Source: Tubiluchus corallicola (lineage: Eukaryota; Animalia; Priapulida). From it: a DNA stretch of 64,000 nucleotides. The notes below the pieces were generated by a model. The model saw only the letters and a program-made list of their open reading frames with translations, was not told the DNA's origin and searched no databases. The stretch lies in the NCBI GenBank assembly GCA_030141605.1, contig JAQGDQ010000826.1, positions 1 through 64,000 on the forward strand. The letters are read 5' to 3'. Within the stretch, counting starts at the first letter, position 1. The number at the start of each line of letters is the position of its first letter. The position numbers were made by a program, and so were the translations under genes. Below are positions 11,231 to 64,000 of the stretch, in pieces.

Positions 11231-14200
11231 AACAGTTATCCAGCCGCAATTAATAATTGTTAATTAGTTAAAAAGCTTAACCATCTCAACTCTAATTTAA
11301 AACCCACACAATGCATTACAAGTTAAGCCACTATACAGAATCTAGATTATAATGCAAGACACTGTTGTGCAATAAACTAAATGGCAGTCAATGTAAGTCA
11401 TAAGTGTTTTAGCCAGTTTGCCATACTTTCCAATCAGAATGATAGAACAACAATAAAAATCAGCATTCAGCATATGCCGCAATATAGCTGAAGATGCAGC
11501 ACATCATCATAGCTTCATAATCTACAGTCAAATCTCTTTATACCACAAAAAATGTTGACATTAAGGGAGTTTGGCATCATAAGGAGATGCATTAATTCAT
11601 GTCTATGCAAATTATATAGACATTTTGTTTTGACACAAAATATTGAAGCTAAAAGAGGCTGGCATTTTAAAGGTGGGGGTAATTAATTCGCGATTCATTA
11701 CCACATTTCAGAGTCTTAATGAATAACAAGATAAATGTGTATGTAGTTTTCAATTATAAAGTTTCAGTTCCGGATACACGTATATTTTTTGACGGGTAGT
11801 GAATACAGGAAAGCATCCAATATTTCCTCAAATTGACTTGTGGATTCAGGTTATAACCATTTGTAAGCTTCAGAGTTTTCATTTAGTTTGACATCTTAAA
11901 TGATCTTAGCTTAGTCGCTTACACACTTTAGGAGCTATTCAGCAAAATATGAAAGGGGAATAAATAAGTAACTCAATGAAAAGAAGATTTTGCTATGCTG
12001 AATTACAGCATCATCTTGCAATCATGACGGATAAGCTCACAATTTTACTGTAGCACACTGCTGAGTAGAATTATCATGACTAAGAAAGAAAAAAATTTAC
12101 TCACAATGTTCAAAGTGTATGTAAAAACAAAGTAAAAAGGTATTACCAGCTGATTCAGACTAGCCAAGTTGTACATACTGAGTATGAAATGCATACTGTA
12201 CCGTAACTGTAAGACTATGCACCATGCTCAATAATTCAGCAACCAGTAAATCAATGACAATATGAACATATCGGCTTTACTGCTTTAGGCAAATTTAACT
12301 TCTTAACTGACATGTTTTTTACTTATAGTTTAATAACACAAACTATATAAACTGCTGTAGCATAATTTTGTTACTTAATGGCCAGCAATTTCAGATTTGT
12401 CTCTCCTAAGACAGCTTACTTCCAAAATAGGGTTGCATTATTGTGATGTAATAGCCTATTCTCAATGTTCTGTATTATAAATTGTCAATTCTTTAGATAC
12501 AAACATGGACACTCTCATTCTCAACCAGATATATTTAAGCAGCTCTTACTAACATTACTTGCTATAGTATAACAACTAAAACTAGTAAGTAGTATTTAAC
12601 TCAAGCCAGCTCTCATAGTTAGCGGACTGATAATATACTTACTAAACTTGGAACTGGAAAAATACGTGCTTCCACCGTCCACTGACTAAACTTCAGCACA
12701 ACCGCAATCTATTGTTAAGCTTATGTTAACTGTAAAAAAGTGTATTATACCATTTTATACTCCTTCGTATGAGGTTCCGCCATGTTTGAAAATTTTTACT
12801 GCGAAAATGTTAGGCAGAGGCGTCTCCACCTGCAGTCAGAAATACGCAACTTTAGCAGGAGTTTATTACAGAACTATGCAAATACACCCTTCAAGTTTCA
12901 TTTTCCCATAATTCACTTATAAATGTAAAAAAATTGACCTTATTCAAATTTATTTATTACCTACAATAATGACACAGATCAATTTTTAGTGACAATGAAT
13001 AAAAACCCTACATTCTGTTGTTGATACTCTGTTCTAGAACTGTGACTAGTGATTTTATAGTTCTGTGTAATTAATAATACATTACATTAGTGAATTGAAA
13101 TTCAACTGAATTGTGTTTTTCCCTTGCATTCTTATCTAATGTGCTTCTGTTTTCTACAATTTTTCAGTGTGATATCCTTTTTATGTTAATAATGATAAAA
13201 AATACCCAAAAAGTAGTTCAAAAGTTTAATAGTAACTTCAGTTTCTTTGTCTTTTCAAGTTCATCTGAACTGAAGAACTACAGTGGTAGTTCAAAACGTC
13301 AGACTCTTTCTTTCTTTTTTCATGTTTTTTAATTATGGGATTTTAGTCGTTGATCTTCAATAATATTATTATTGCTTACAACTTAACAAGATGTTCTACT
13401 TTGCGATTATATTTTGTGGCACTTGATTTAATAGTTTCCAAAAATTCGATTTCTGTACTAGAAAGTTTAGCAAAGCAATACTGTCAGCACGGATTCATGA
13501 TAATTATTGACATGTGTTACGTTCGTTTACCAATGTTCACGTATCTTAACAAATGTGCATGCTCAGGTGTTTGTCTTCAAATAGGTTTTAATCCTGGCCA
13601 CAACTATGTACATTATAAGTACTCCCCGACGTTACATGCTGTAGATTTGCTTGCAGTGTGAACTGCATTCTTCATGTTGCTTACCAGGTTATCGATACTC
13701 TTTCTGTATGGTATTTTGTATAATGTGTACTCAAAGATAATATGTTAAAAAAATATATATTATGTTATAATGTTGTATGTTATATAAAATATATCATATT
13801 AAAAATCTAACCTAACAGAGTAAAAGGATAAATTAATAACAAAAATTATCCAGTGTAGCAAAAATAAATATAATTTATTTGGATGAATAATTTGCATTAT
13901 AACACTAGATACATTGTTAACAGGTTACATAAAATCTGTAAAAATGTGTATGTTTACATTTTTTGTATAAATGTATTAATGCACAAAACACAAGTAAGCT
14001 TTGATTAAACATGTCTACAACTACAATTATATCTTATGGAAAATAAAAAAATAATAAAAAAAATTCCTTTTCACACTTTTCAGTAAGCTGCATAACTTTG
14101 AAGACATACAGCTTACTAGTAAAGCAATATTTGTGTATGTTGCAATACTAGCATACATAAATGCTAGTAATGTAGTTAGGATATGCAAAAATTAACAAAA

Positions 14201-14605
14201 ATTGAGTTTGAAAGTTTGCAGAAAAATCACAGTGAATTACCTGTTCATCATTTAGCAACTTTCTCGCAAGATTCGCATGATTCTGCAAGCACATCAGCTT
14301 TAGTTTATAAACTATAATTTAAAAATCACCTAGTCTTTAAAAGATTTATGTAAAGAAATATAACATGATTATACAGAAATATATAATTCCCATTATTATC
14401 TTACATTTTTTGCTTCAAATACAACAAATGCTAGTATGTAGATAGGATTTGAAAACTATCATTAATACCGTTATAGAAACATGATCACGCAATCTACAAA
14501 TGCACTTTAACTAGCACTGCAGACAGGCATCTGTAATATTCCTTACTTCGTAAAAGCAGTTCAACTTTCTCAAAATGGCCAAACATCAACAACTGAGAAG
14601 CGCGG

Positions 14606-63718
<49,113 letters not shown>

Positions 63719-64000
63719 CTGTTAACGTACAATATATTTACAATTATTAATTACTATATGATAAGAGAAAAAGTTTATGTGGTGAAAATTGAGATTTAGT
63801 TATTATTTGTGCAACTGTTATGTTCATTGTTAAGTTTATTGAGAACATTCAGTATGAATTAAAGAGGTGCTATAATGATATTGTTTCATCTTATCTTGTA
63901 GCGTTTCCTTAATGTTTTTCTATTAATACTTAATTTGGTTAATGTTACTTATTCTTTGTGGCTCATTCATTGGTTAATTATGTTAATTATCAGTAGTTTT

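Overview
AT-rich, repeat-dense invertebrate (bilaterian-like) animal genomic DNA, not prokaryotic. Two minus-strand genes. (1) The 3' part of cubilin (CUBN): 29 GT-AG exons traced by hand from 63718 to the stop at 14606, about 1575 codons with consistent phases. They encode half a CUB domain plus 13 complete CUB domains, inferred to be CUB14-27, ending ...FDS*. (2) About 4 kb downstream, the first coding exon of CLASP (10410-10595); the remainder of 1-10.4 kb appears to be CLASP intron. Introns contain hAT and piggyBac-type MITEs, tRNA-derived Meta-like SINEs, CR1/L2 and RTE LINE fragments, a probable solo LTR and more than a dozen mini/microsatellites. Most notable: a 5S-rRNA-headed SINE with a bipartite RTE-derived body, present together with a headless copy starting at the 5S junction; a tandem duplication of an AG|GT exon acceptor giving five extra splice sites; an array of minimal hammerhead-ribozyme-like motifs inside an inverted repeat; and a >2.1 kb palindrome centred on a piggyBac-type MITE. 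Family assignments come from reading motifs by eye, with no database searches. Most long ORFs in the supplied track are repeat artefacts.
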